Shown one piece after another: positions 47,451 to 61,607 of a stretch of 64,000 nucleotides of DNA. Every line of letters begins with the position of its first letter. Position 1 is the first letter of the stretch. The notes under the pieces were generated by a model, which saw nothing but the letters and a program-made list of their open reading frames with translations, had not been told where the DNA came from and made no database searches. Source of the DNA: the human T2T-CHM13v2.0 reference genome, Homo sapiens. The stretch lies in the NCBI RefSeq assembly GCF_009914755.1, contig NC_060926.1; one strand, given 5' to 3'. The translations under genes were made by a program, and so were the position numbers.

Positions 47451-50400
47451 CTAGGACTCTCTTTTATCTGTACACTGGGGACAATTAACCCACCTTAATT
47501 TACCTCATAGGGTTTTAATATGATAGAAAGTGAGAGTCCTTTTTTAGCAGTAAAGCCTTAAAAGATGTAAGTTTTTATTTTTAAATTCAACCAATGATTA
47601 GCCTTGGGGCAAAATCACTTGGATGATAACTAGAATTTGTCAATTTGTTAGACTTAACATTCATTCTCATATGCTATTTTACTATATGGTCAGCCACCAT
47701 CAATTCAACTTTCTATCTAACAGGTTTATTAATCTGCCAGTTTGCTGGTGTTGATAGACGGTTGTTATCAGTCAGCTCACTATAAATTCAAAATGATACA
47801 CTGATTTTAAAACAACCCTGAATTATCATCTGAAGGATCATTATTCTTAAATGAAGGCATAAAGACTAGCAAATCCTTTTGTATTGTGTTATTATTAGGC
47901 CTCATTTTTTTTAATCCCACTTGAAAAGACAGTTTTTCATTGTCTCATAGGTTTACCATACTATACTATGTGTTTTAAGAGTTATGCGAAAAAAAAATTA
48001 AGAAAGACTTGACCCCAGCCTTGAAGCTTTATAGTTTGGGGAGGTTAGGTAATATGAAATGTTATTTAACAAAATAAGACCATACAGTTGGTTTCAATTA
48101 TTTTCCTCTGTTCATTTTGTAGTTCTTAGTAAGGATTTTTTTTTTTATTTTCTTCCTTTCATTTGATAGTTTTTTATTTATAAGATTTTTGAACTGATGA
48201 AGATGAGTTTGCCTTGTTGCTCCTAATTACAGATTAGAAACTTTCTTGATTTCCCCTACCGATTAAGGCAAAATTAAATACTTCATCTGTACTTGCTAAT
48301 AAAATACTTTTTGAAAAACACTTCTACCATAGTATTTGTCTCATGGCTTTAGTCATATTTCTCCTAGACCACAACCTTACTTTAGGGATCTTTATTGCTA
48401 TTGCTTGGCATATAATAAGTGGTACAAGAAAAGGACAAAACTTAGTGATACCAGAGAATGCTAAAGAGTATAGAGAATCTGGTGGGGGCAAAGTCCTGTG
48501 AAACAATTGAAATGATCATTGATAGCTTAAGATTTAGGGAGAGGAAGGTTTTACACAGAAGGCATGATAGGTTAAAAAAAAAAAAGATGAGATAGCACTT
48601 ATTTACAGGTCATTGAGTCTAGTCAATTACATTGGGGAATTATAAGGATTAAGTTAGGAATAAATAGTGTAAAACTAATTTATAGAGAACTGCATACCAG
48701 ACTGAGGAGTATGAATTCCCCCTTTGGTATGGGGAAACTAATTTGGTCAGTGGGGTAAGCAAAGACAGTTCCTCTTTTCATGTTGCAGAAGTTGGCCCTG
48801 CATTTAAACTTAATGTAGATTTTGGAAGGTAGTCTCCTCATTTACCTCAGATATATATATTCAGAATATATATATTCTCAACACTAAAAAATTAAGTATT
48901 CATATAATAGCCTATAGGTAGAAACAGGCACCTTAATTCACACATTCTGTGCTCTAGCTGTTTTTTGTTCTTTATAAACACTAAGTGAATGCTTACTTTC
49001 ATCCCTTTGGTCTGTTTGCCAGAAATCTTTTTCTGTTGCCATGCTTCCAGCTCTTACCCATCTTTCAGGTTTAGCTCAGATTCCACCTCATCTAAAAAAA
49101 AGCTTGACCTTATTAGACCACAGTGAAGTAGTTTTCCAAAGTCTGGATGTCATAGATCTATTCTTGTAATTCCTCATTTTATGTACATGTCTCCTACTTC
49201 TTCTAGACTGTAAATGATGTCTAACATGATGTCATACATGGCATGGGATTTTTCTTCTTTTTCATTAAGAAATTATTTTTTAAGACAGTTAAAGGCTAAA
49301 GTAGGGGAAGGAATGGGTAAAAGAAGAAACAATATGATGGTAAGATGATCTTAAAGGCAGCATTTAGAAAGGAAACGAGAGAGACAGTATAAGTTGGAGA
49401 AGAAGTAAAAAGGTGAGAAATAAGGATTTTCCTTCAGATTATCTTCTGTTATATCCTATTTGAATTGCTGAATATCATAACCATTTTATGTTTTTCTCTT
49501 CAGGGGAATCTGGAGGATTCATTTGGGTTATTAATAATTGTTGATGATAAGATTTGAAAGATTGCTATAATCCTATTTGTCATTAAAACTTAAATACTTC
49601 TCTCAAGGATTTCCTAGTTACTATATAGTTACCAAAAGCTATAGTTTTTAGCTTTTGAATTTTAATGAAAAATACATTATTGTGAAGAATTACCAGAAAG
49701 AATTAATTTAGGGAGAGAAAAGGGGGGTTAAGGCATGAATGATCTTGAGTAGTTTCTGCCTTGTGGAAAGTTTGAGGAGAATATTTGAGTATGTTTGTTC
49801 GCCAGACTGTTGAAGCGAATTCATTCTCAGATCAAAATCTGAGGTTTCAAATGCTGAAATAGGTAGTAATTTCTTTTTATCAGTTTTGACAGCTTATTTT
49901 GTGAGCTTATTTTTTAGGGCTGGCTTAAATTCTTTCCCCTATAGATAAAAATTAATTTCTTGTTTAAAAGCAAGTAAACATTTGTCTTTTTTTGCTAGCT
50001 TTGGCAATAACGTGGTCATTTTAATTTTTTTTCACTATGTGCCATAAGCTAAAAAAGTGTATATTTTACGTTATTTACATAGCTTTTAGGCAAAGCAAAT
50101 ACCATTTACTTGTGTGATAAATACATAGAAAGCTTATTCTGCAGTTTTTTAAAGTGACAAACTACCACTATCTGAAGTTTATTTGACCAACCATTTGCTG
50201 TAAATAATTGGTATGTTATTATCCACTGATTTTTTGACAGCTGGTTCAGTTTTTTCTTTGAATATTAGGTGGTGAGTATTGTTAAGCTGTGTTTAATGGT
50301 ATTAGGTCAGGATAAGACCTAGAAAACTTGTTTGTACCTTATAAAAGTAATAACAAGCTAGTAAGTTAGAGAGCCAGTATAATGTAGCAGTAGTTTGGAT

Positions 50401-50649
50401 TCAGAAAAATCCATCTTTGCCATTGTGTAACCTTGGAAAGCTTCTTAACCTCTGAGCCTCTGTTTCCTAATCTGTGAAATGGGGACAGAGGTAGTCATTT
50501 TTTTGAACAAATAACAAATTTGTTGAGCTTCTAAGTATGTACCAGAAATCATACTATGTTTTGGATAACAGTAGTACCTCTGTCATAAAATCCTTGGAGG
50601 ATTAAGTTAGAATGCATGTAAAACACTTAGCACAGTGTGTAGAATATAA

Positions 50650-51002
<353 letters not shown>

Positions 51003-51247
51003 TAGAAGTTGTCTAAGAGCAAAAACAGTTTCAGGGAATAATTATGTATCAGGATATGTCATTAAATATTTTAATGATAAAGCTATGTGTTTTTAAAAAA
51101 CATTTGTGTGACATTCAGTATTTAAAAGTTTGGTTAATCATAGCATCTTAGTGTTACACTAGTTTAGTTAATTAAGATTTTTAATGCATACTTATTGGTA
51201 ACGTTTTTCTTTTAATAGTCTTTATGATTTGTAGAATTTGATGTATA

Positions 51248-51520
51248 CAGTCTTGCCTTGTCCTTCTGTATATGTTAAGAGATTGGTTCCAGGTCCCCCA
51301 CAGCTCAAGTCTCTTATGTAAAATGGCATAATATTTGCCTATAACCTACATATATCCTCCCATATATTTTAAATCATCTCTAGATTACTTATAATACCTA
51401 ATAAAATGTAAATGCTATGTAAATAAGTCTTATACTATCTTTTGAATGTACGTTTTTTATTTTTTTTCTGAATATTTTTTATCCGTGTTGGTTGAATCTA
51501 TGGATGCAAAGGGCTGACTA
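51248..51520. mobile_element. MER2/Tigger3-family MITE, intron 1
   Basis: Core TTTAAATCATCTCTAGATTACTTATAATACC; TA-CAG start. Confidence 0.8.
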
Positions 51521-51559
51521 GGATATGTAAACCTAGATCACTTTAGAAATAATAACTAC

Positions 51560-51790
51560 AACTACTGTCAGTGGAGTCTTACTCTCTGCCAGACATGTTC
51601 TAAAGATATTGAATGTATTGAGTCAACTGATCCTCACCACAACCCTATGAGGGAGGCACTGTTTTATTCCCTTTCTCAGATGAGGAAACTGGATCACAGA
51701 AAGGTTAATTAATTTACCCAAGGTTACACAACTATAGTATTACAGCCAGGATTCAAGAACTTGTGCACTTGATCTTAACTACTGTGTAGT
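51560..51790 (-). mobile_element. MIR
   Basis: CAACCCTATGAGG..CAGATGAGGAAACTG..AAGGTTAA..CCCAAGGTTACAC. Confidence 0.75.
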
Positions 51791-52255
51791 AGTTAATTGC
51801 TATCTCTCCCAGATTTTATAATCAGGTTAACTATTTGAATAATATGTAAATATAGTCATCATATTTAGAAAATCCCCAAAACAACTGAACAGAGTGTTGA
51901 GTCTTATCGGAACGTTTGCTGAACTCTATAATTTGTATTGGGTGATTGTACTGGGGTGTATAGGAAGGCATCACCATAACGGATGGCTGGGCATTAGCAC
52001 AACTAGAGTTGATGATCAGGGTTTCAAAACCTGGGATTAAAAAATGTGTTAATGATTTTTTTTCTACTTGTTTTTCAGTGTGGTTTATAGTGGTACTGAT
52101 TTGATTTTGGTAAATCAACATTTATTATGACTGTAGTCTTGAGTATATGAGCTCAGCTGTAGTCTAGTTTAGTGGTTATTTAACAATGGATTTAGTTAAA
52201 AATCCAGTAGAATGTTCATACAAGGATTAATTTTGTGTTCTTTCTACCTCTTTAG

Positions 52256-52352
52256 TAAAATAAAACAGGGTCTGTTACCTAGCTTGGAAGATTTGCTGTT
52301 CTATACAATTGCTGAAGGACAAGAGAAAATACCTGTTCATAAATTTATTACA
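52256..52352 (+). CDS. GLS: GLS coding exon 2 (97 nt; (N)[32 protein letters not shown]; contains LxxLL)
   Basis: Acceptor TTTAG|T, donor ACA|GTAAGT; frame continuous with exon 1. Confidence 0.96.
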
Positions 52353-52707
52353 GTAAGTTTTTATATTTTTCTATCTTAACTTAAAAAAATCAATAATAAT
52401 AAATATATACAGTATTATTGAAATATAGTCTTAAAGGTCGTCTGACATGTAGATTCTGACTGACAATATTTCTCTTATTATGTTTTCAAATTTTTGTCAT
52501 GCTCATTTCAAGGTAATCAGTGAAAGAAAAAGAAAGAAACAATGAGAAACTTGTCCAGAAAGTGGGTAATAGTGACACTAAGATGCCATATTCATGTTCA
52601 AGTGTTGGGTAGAAGTTTTTATATACAGGAATAAAATCTTATAGTTGGTATAAGCATATACATTATTTGCACTATATATTTACAAACTCTTATTTTTTTA
52701 AAAACAG

Positions 52708-52829
52708 GCACTCAAATCTACAGGATTGCGAACGTCTGATCCCAGGTTGAAAGAGTGTATGGATATGTTAAGATTAACTCTTCAAACAACATCAGATGGT
52801 GTCATGCTAGACAAAGATCTTTTTAAAAA
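52708..52829 (+). CDS. GLS: GLS coding exon 3 (122 nt; ALKSTGLRTSDPRLKECMDMLRLTLQTTSDGVMLDKDLFK)
   Basis: Acceptor AAACAG|G, donor AA|GTAAAA; frame continuous. Confidence 0.95.
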
Positions 52830-54137
52830 GTAAAAGTTTCTGCCAAACCTTTAATGGTGATTTGCTATGCTATACGGTGATTCTGCTTTTAAAACAAAAT
52901 TGCATCTTTGAAGGCCACTGCTTCCTGTGTAATGGAAAAAGGGGATTTATAAACATCATTTGTTTGAAGAACTTGGTACATATTAGGTTCTATAATACAC
53001 CGGGCTAAGAGTATTCTTTCTTTAAATCTGTTCTAAGCAAATTTAGCCACCGATGTTTCCAGTTTACAGTACTTGGAGATTGCATTCAGTTTGAGTAGAG
53101 CACATCCTTTGTCCTGTCATTGCTTATATTGATCCCCAATTCATCTGCATGACTTGCACGCTTTCTCAGCATGGTCTCTAGTTCTTTTCCACAAGGTGAT
53201 TTAGGTGACATCATAAAATGAGAGGGCTTCAGACAGACCTGTGTTCCTCACATTTACATACCTGCATTGTCTGCTCCTCTCCTCTCTTCAGACATATTGA
53301 TACATAGGCTTTTGGCTATTTTCATTTTCTTCAAAACAGTAAAGAACTAAAGGCAACTTTGGCGATTAAAGCCTTGATTTGGTTGAATGAGAATTTTTAC
53401 TTTGATGTTCCTGTATTTGCATATATTTATTATTTATCTTCATTAATGTGTTTCTATTAGTTTGATTACTTAAAGATTTAATGGACATGTGTGTAATGGA
53501 TCCCAAAGAATCAAATAGTATTTTAAACTACTACTATTTAAGTAGAAACTAGTATAAAACTGTAAATACTACTATAAGACATTGGCTTTTTCCAGACATG
53601 GATCCAAAAAATTTCTGCATCTACTTTGAAAGTTTGTTATGTATGGTTGTATTTACTTTTGTTTTATCTTCTTTTGGGGGTTGGGTGATTTGTTCTAGAT
53701 GTCTCCTGGAGTATGAAGTCATCTGAAGGTATAAGTATTTAACTGTGGTTCTCTGAAGTTTCCTGGCATGCTGTGAAGCACTGCTGACAGCTTGGGTTTC
53801 TTATCTTTTCACGAGGAGGTTCTTGTTTCTGTTAACTTAGCTGACCTTAAAGTGTAGACTTTAGGTCCGTGTTGCAGTTGGTATTAGGAATTTTGACTTC
53901 CAGAACCTGCTTTTTAAGAGACAGAAAAACATCATTTCTAAATTTATTTGTGTCTTTGCGGTAAGGATTATTTTTCGTGTTCATGAACTGTCTGCACAAT
54001 ATTCTGATTAAAGTGCTTTCTGTGGGCATTATTTTGTTGTATCTGTGAATGAAGTTGTTAGAGTAATGGTTGGTAGATCTGTTGATAATCAGTAGGGGAA
54101 CTGCTTTGGAATTTTAAGTGGAAGCAGTATTTTACAC

Positions 54138-54392
54138 TTTTTTTTTTTAAGAGACAGAGTCTCATTCTGTCGCCCAGGCTGGAGTGTAGTGACATGATCT
54201 TGGCTCACTACAACCTCTGCCTCCCGGGTTCAAGTGATTCTCCCACCTAAATTCCCAAGTATCTGGGATTAAGGGCGCCTGCCACCATGCCTGGCTTTTT
54301 TGTATTTTTAGTGAGACGGGGTTTCACCACGTTGTCCAGGCTGGTCTCGAACTCCTGACCTCAGGTAATCCATCCGCCTCGGCCTCCTAAAG
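54138..54392 (-). mobile_element. 5'-truncated Alu (Sx-like), intron 3
   Basis: Ends at CCTCCTAAAGT. Confidence 0.9.
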
Positions 54393-55716
54393 TTACACGG
54401 TTTTAATACTTGAAAAAATATTTATGTTTTGTAAACATGTTGTTATGTTTAAATATGAAATTAAAAACAATTTAAATCCTCTGATTATTAAGCCAGGGAA
54501 CTGCAAACATTAAATTTTCTGCCTGCAATTAAGAGATAGTAATTATTGTTTTAAACACTAATCCAATTTTTAAAAATCTATGCTTGTAATACAGGCAGTT
54601 TCCAACTTGACAAATGTTTTATGGTCTATATGAGCAACCAGTAGAAAAGTACAAGTCTCTAGGGCATAATTATTTCTCTTTATTCTTAGAATGAGGTGGT
54701 TCAAAACCTCCAACTGTTAACCTTTTAATAGCTTTCAGTCACCTGGAAAGGTGATTGCTTCAGAGATGTTCTTTTCTCTGTTTTCAAATATAAGAAGTTA
54801 CCTAGTTAGTGTTGCCAGAAATAAACTTCTCCCTTTCATGCAGCTAGGGAGGAGATGTTAAAACATGGGATTCATTTTTCCCCAGAGAAATAATTTATAA
54901 AGGTGGGTAGGTTTGGTTGAAGCAGTGTGTTAATATTTTACCTAAAATACATTGTAGATTAATATTTTTAGACTTTTTCGGTAATCTGAGAAAACTATTA
55001 TGTGTGACTTTTTTTAACTTGGGAAAATACGTTCTAAGCATACTTTTTGGAGTAAAACCTGTTCGAAAGTTGGAGACTGCCTGTACCCAGGTTGATAGTC
55101 AATTGTTTTTAATGCTAGTAAATCTTAACACTAATACAAGTAAAAATATTTGTGTGGAAAACTAATCCTTTCTTTATTCGTGCATTTTTAACTTTATAGG
55201 TATTAAAACTTTCTTTGTATGATCATAATTTTTTGATCTTTTTGTTTTGCAAGAAAGTGAATGGTAGCCTTTCATTTGTATGTTTGATTTTCTTAAAAAT
55301 TTCATATTTATTATGTTATTTTACAAATGAAAAATTATTTGTGAGAAATGTTTTGTCAATCATTGTGCATTAGTTTTTAGTTATAAACACTTAAGGAAAG
55401 AAAATGATTATTCCCGGCTTACAGATAAGAAAACTGAACAAAGGACAGAGATATATATAACTTGCTGAAAAGCATAAGCACCTCCTCAGAGTTCATTTTA
55501 TATGACTTCTCATTTCCTAGTTAGACTCATGGTATCTATATTAAAATAACTCCCAAGAAAAACCTTACTGTTTGGAATGGTGATCGGTATGCAGTTAGAT
55601 ACTCTCCTGAGAGGCAAAATTGGCTTTGTCAGCCTGTTAATATTACCAGTGAAGGCTGTTGGAACAGCTTTACCAGCACCTTCTGCTAGAGCAGAACATT
55701 TGTAAAGTTTCACTGA

Positions 55717-56030
<314 letters not shown>

Positions 56031-57667
56031 TAATTATAAATTCTTTTAAAGGTACTGATTAAAATAGTTAAATGGTAGTAGGTTAATAATTTAAATTTGT
56101 TCAGCAGCTCTCATTTTTGCATTTATAACTTCTTGAAAAATGAGGAAGTGCATTTGATTTGTTGTAGATATAAATACTGGTTTAAGATCAGGAATTCTAT
56201 TTTTCTTTCCTCTGAGAAAGGTGTTCTTTGATGTACATCTCTTGCAACTCTGATACTTGGAAGTTGGATTTTAGAAGCTATTTGAAACATTAAAAATATT
56301 AAAATAATGGTAATACTTTTGAGATTAATATTGAAACTATCTGAAAATGATTGCTTATTGAAGTAAATATTTCTTAGCTCTGGGGTGTCAATACTATATA
56401 AGTTATGGAAATTAGGACTGTAATTTTTTTAATGTTGTAATAGGGGGATCCTTATGACTGAAACAATAGTCATTTCTATTAGGATTTTATTTTTAAACTG
56501 TTAATTTTATATTGAACAAATGAGTATATATTATTCTGAATTCTTATTAATAGTTAAACTGTGAAACCTGGCTTTTAGCTTTAATTTGGTTTCATCTAGA
56601 ACAACTTGAATTAAAATATTGACATTTAAAAATTTCTCATTTATTACAGACTAAACAAGAAATACTGAGAGTATCTTACTCTTAAGATTTATTATCGTTG
56701 GTATTATGGCTTAACACCGTGTTTAGCAAGTCTTCCTTTGTTAATTAAATATTAATTAAATATTCTATTACTGCATTACAGAGACTTAAGAAGCTCAGAA
56801 TATACAATTGGCTGTAATCCATTTGCAAAACGTTTTAAAGGCTACGTTAATATACTGATTTTCTGGCTTAAATTCTTTTTAGCAAAAAGCAGAATACAGT
56901 TCAAATTATTAGATTTCAGAATATCATGCTCTCCCATCCACTTGGTTTACTATATTTTTAAAATACTTTTTTAACAGTGAAACATTTTTATTCTGCATTA
57001 TATTTACATATCTTACATTAAATAGCATATTGTAATATAACATTTTTGGTGACTCAAATAATATAAAATTAATTATTACACTACTTCATATGAAATTTTA
57101 TTTCAAATTAGAGATTATTTTTACAAGCATATCAACAGACATTTCATTTAAGACATAAATTAATCTGACTAAACAAAGTTGATATAATTAAGGAAAATAT
57201 GTTATAATGCAAAATGTTTAATTTTTGAATGAAATGCTAGTAATAGTTATATAAGAACTAAGAGATGTATTTCTGAGATTACTTGGTAAATAAACAAGAT
57301 CTCAACCTTGGCAGTCTGAATTTTGTTAACCAGATGTCGTCATGCTGAATGTTACCAACTCTGATTGAGTAAGAAGCTTGTTTCAGATGGTCTTAATACT
57401 TAAACCTGGTGGAACGCCTTGTCTTAATTTGTGACACAATTTTAGGCACATCCAGATTAATCTCTTACACGTTCAACAGCTTACAAGCAACTACTTGAAA
57501 GACTGCTAGAAGGAAAGATAATGTAGAAAGCATAATTTATAGAATTTAGTTGTATAAAATGATAAATTTATCTATTATTTAAATAGTGTCCTAATTATTA
57601 CTGTTATTACCAAGTTCTGATATTTGAAATGTACCCAGTTTATTAATTATCTTTTTACATTCTACAG

Positions 57668-57797
57668 ATGTGTTCAGAGCAACATTGTTTTGTTGACACA
57701 AGCATTTAGAAGAAAGTTTGTGATTCCTGACTTTATGTCTTTTACCTCACACATTGATGAGTTATATGAAAGTGCTAAAAAGCAGTCTGGAGGAAAG
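57668..57797 (+). CDS. GLS: GLS coding exon 4 (130 nt; (K)[43 protein letters not shown])
   Basis: Acceptor CTACAG|A, donor AAG|GTAATG. Confidence 0.96.
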
Positions 57798-58221
57798 GTA
57801 ATGCTTTTGATGTACATATTTTCATAACCGAATCACTTAATAAATTCAGCTTAATTTGAGGTCTAGAGAGTAAATTGTGTAGTTGTGTTTTGCTAAAGAA
57901 AACACTTTAGCTTCGCTTAAGAAATTTAAGTGAAGCCACTGGATTTAGTGTTTTTACGGTATTTTAAATATTTAACTTTGTTATTCTGGTTAAAGAGAAA
58001 TCTAAGGGTAAGAATTTTTTATTTTCAGATGATGGTGATGGATTTTAAATTTTTAAGTTAAAAAATCTTATTCAGAATTTCTGCAGATCTGATATCCTTC
58101 AGTATTAAACGAAATGTTTCTAGTTTTTAAAATCCTGTAAATAATACTAGGAACTATTTGATTTTCATATAGAAAGTTTTCATTTTCTTTTGTTTTAACT
58201 TTGGGTAGCTTTAGTATAATC

Positions 58222-58625
58222 CAGTTGGCCCTTGAACAAAGCAGGGGTTAGGGATGCCAAACCCACACGCAGTCAAAAATCTGAGTATAACTTTTGACTC
58301 CCTTAAAACTTAACTACTTATAACTACTGTTATAAGCGTTACCGATAACATAAATAGTCTATTAACACATTTTGTATATTTATTATATACCGAATTCTTA
58401 CAATAAAGAGGATAAAAAATGGTATTGAGATCATAAGGAAAATATATTTACTGTTTATTAAGTGGAAGTGGATCACCATGAAAGTTTTCATTGTCATCAT
58501 CTTCATGTTTAGACTGAAGAAGAAGAGGAGGGATTGGTCTTGTGTCTTGGGGGTGGCGGAAGCAGAAAAGAATCTGCATATAATTGCACTGTTTGAAGTT
58601 TAAATCCATGTTCAAGATTCAAGTG
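58222..58625. mobile_element. Tigger2a-like MITE, intron 4
   Basis: TIR CAGTTGGCCCTTGAACAA... and ...TGTTCAAGATTCAAGTG. Confidence 0.75.
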
Positions 58626-59050
58626 TATAACAACTTCAGTGTAAATACTTACTACTTACTTTTAAATACTTGATTCCTAATGTTTTAGTGAAACCCTACT
58701 AGCACCCATGACCCTGATTAAATAAATTTACTTTTTTCCTGCTTAAAAAAAAAAAAAGTTCAAGTTCCTCTGCTAGACTCTCCTGCTAAACATGAGAAAG
58801 AAAGAATGCATTGGAAAATAAGAAATAATAGAGACTGAGAAAAGTCACTTTAGATCTCATAATTCTCAAGTCTGTTTTGCCTTTAGTTTTCATGAGCATT
58901 GTTACAGAAGATAGACTATGAAGCCACTGAGTGTTGTAGAATAACTAGTCATTGGTAGAAGGTAAAATGAGATAAGAAATTTGTTGGTGGAAGAAAATAC
59001 ATTATTTGTCAATATTATATCTATTCATTTCTTTCCAATCTTTTGGATAG

Positions 59051-59130
59051 GTTGCAGATTATATTCCTCAACTGGCCAAATTCAGTCCCGATTTGTGGGG
59101 TGTGTCTGTTTGTACAGTAGATGGACAGAG
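59051..59130 (+). CDS. GLS: GLS coding exon 5 (80 nt; VADYIPQLAKFSPDLWGVSVCTVDGQ(R); includes Y249)
   Basis: Acceptor GATAG|G, donor AG|GTAAGT; glutaminase ADYIPQL motif. Confidence 0.97.
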
Positions 59131-59539
59131 GTAAGTTTATTTCAAATTCATGAAAACCAACTCTAAGCCTTAACTTTTGTATAATGGTGAGAATGACATG
59201 GAGAAGATCATCTTTTATAATGGAAATTAGTCCTAACAGGATATAATTTCAAAAGGTAAATAAATTTAAATTTTAAGGTAATTTTTAAAAACTCAAACAG
59301 TAACATTATATTAAGTTTTATGAGACATCTATTTTATTCACAGTTGTAGTCTTGTTTTTTGAGTATTATTCAAATACCTGCAGTTACCAATTTGTTTCAG
59401 AAAAGCAGGCTTGTCAAAACATGACACTATTCTCTAATGAACTGACTACTAATAAAATTAGTCCCTATTTCTCAACTTAACATTGGTAACCCATCTGTCG
59501 TTGTCTTTGTTCCTTGTGTTCCTGATAAAATTAGCATGA

Positions 59540-59915
59540 GAATTAAGACAGTGCAACATAACGTATCCCAAAGTTAAAAGTCAGTTGCAAAACATGTAGG
59601 ATTTCATGAAGTCCATGAAAGCAGCATTTGGGAATTGCTTACATTGCAGGCACAGCTGCTGACAGATGAGGAACTTGCAGAATTATAAAAAGGATAGTGA
59701 TGTGAGGGCGCTTTAGAAAGAATGATTTGATTTAAAAATCAAAGAATTAAGAGAGGCCCTTGGAAAATGGTAAAGTTCTAGAATATTTTTTCAAGAATGA
59801 CCGTGTTCATTGTGCTGGGAATTAGACATAAAGATTGTTATCATCTTATAATTTGGTTTTATTAGAAAATTACGCCAAAGAGAAAAATCAATATTCTTTT
59901 TTCACTCATTTTTAA
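59540..59915 (+). mobile_element. Old Tigger-type transposase C-terminal remnant
   Basis: WELLTLQAQLLTDEELAEL resembles the ELL...LTxEDL motif of pogo/Tigger C-termini; heavily decayed. Confidence 0.4.
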
Positions 59916-60164
59916 AGACTTAGCTCAGAGATATATTCCTTTGTTTTTTGTTTTTTTATTAAAGTATTTCTGTTTTATCAAAATAGAACTTACATAAGAT
60001 GTACAACTTGTAAGTGAACACAGCTTGAAAAGTTTATATCAGAGTTGTAATTTTACCTAAATTTCGTTAAAACTACTAAAAGCCGTTTAACCTAGTAATT
60101 TTAGATTTTACTTTTCAAGATAATGTTGCAATTAAAAACCTTTTTTCCTTTTATGAAAATTTGA

Positions 60165-60271
60165 TCTTTTATGTTGCCCAGGTTAGTTTTGAACTCTTGG
60201 CCTCAAGTGATCTTCCTGCCTTGGCATCCCAAAGTGCTGGGATTATAGGCATGAGCCCCTGCCCCCCAGCC
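60165..60271 (-). mobile_element. Alu left-arm fragment (J/FLAM)
   Basis: ATGTTGCCCAGG..GAACTCTTGGCCTCAAGTGATC..CCCAAAGTGCTGGGATT. Confidence 0.85.
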
Positions 60272-61607
60272 AAAAATCTGTGACTCGTAAGGACCTTCAT
60301 TTTAGGTGATTTTAATTTTTTTTTACTAATTATCCTCAAGTACTTACAGTAAAAAATATATGGGTTAGCCCATTCATTTTGAAAGTAAGGAATCTGAGGA
60401 CCATAGTTGACATGATATTGGCAAAGGTGAAATGAACACCTAGGTCTCTTAACTTCTAGTCTATTTTTTCTTTCATTATTATATGCCTTTATCCTCATTT
60501 GGGTCAGTAAAATGTACTGAGCAGTCACCATGTGTTGAATTAAATGTTGTGTGCTATGAAGGGACACAATGAAATGAAAAGGCATGGTGACTTTATCCCT
60601 TGAAGCAAATTCCGGTAGGGAATGGTATTCCTGTTTTTGCATTTTAGGAAATAATTTATCAAGTAATGGAAGTCTTTGAATTTGAAGAAAATTATTATCA
60701 TGTAATATTGAATATGATTTTTCTCTTCTTAAACATTCTCTATGTCTCTTAGTTTTTTTATCTAGAGAATTCAGAAAGTTGACTTCAGAACTAGAACATA
60801 TGTATTTTTAAATCCAAAGGTAGTAAGACAAGCTCTTAATCATTTTTTAGAATGATTGTCAAGTTTGAAGTAACAATCTTATATAGTATAACTATATAGT
60901 TTAAGATTATAGTTACACATGAATAAATTTGATAGGAAAAAAATATAGTGCCCAGTTTCATTATGAATGACTTTCACTATGAATGAATGCTTTGTGATGT
61001 GTTGGGACATTGTTCAGGGAACCTGGGAGGTATCAGTAAGTAAATCAAAGATCTCTGCCTTTGTGAAGCTTACATTATAATTGGGTTGGCCAGAACTTTT
61101 TCATTCCCAAATCTTTTCTCTACTTCATGTACTTCTCAGTTTGGTGGTAATATAAAGCTTTCTTTTTGCTCTGTTATTTATCTGCATGGTAATGATGACT
61201 GCCTACTGAACTTAGTGCCAGCTCTGTCATGTTTATAAAACTGGATGCTTTTTTTTTTAATGGGGCCCAGGATTGTGAGTGGATGTGGCTTGCAATATGA
61301 GGCATTTGTAGACAGGGTCCCAGAGAATAGTATTGAATCTAAACTGAGTTCTGTTTAACTTTTTAACCATGGTTTAGTCACAGCTTACAGCTCTGAGTTG
61401 AAAAAAAGGTGAATAATTTCTAAAAGGGCTAGTTTATTTTATGTGATTGAATACACGTGGGAGTAAGGAGGAGCATGCTCTTACTCTCTTGCCCTCAGAG
61501 GAAAATTTCCACATTACATATTTATTATCTACTTTAAAACCATTATTCTGTTACGTGAATACTTTCATGCTTTTGCTTTTTTTCACAGTATTTCTCTTAA
61601 AATAAAC

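Noticed and set aside
52830-52837. Possible U12-type intron 3 because of the weak donor
   Set aside because: GTAAAAGT does not match the U12 consensus GTATCCTT.
60169-60642. 157-aa minus-strand ORF in intron 5
   Set aside because: A chance join of L2/MIR-like and Alu fragments; no recognisable domain.
61454-61459. Second CACGTG E-box in intron 5
   Set aside because: An isolated hexamer in AT-rich, CpG-poor sequence; expected by chance.
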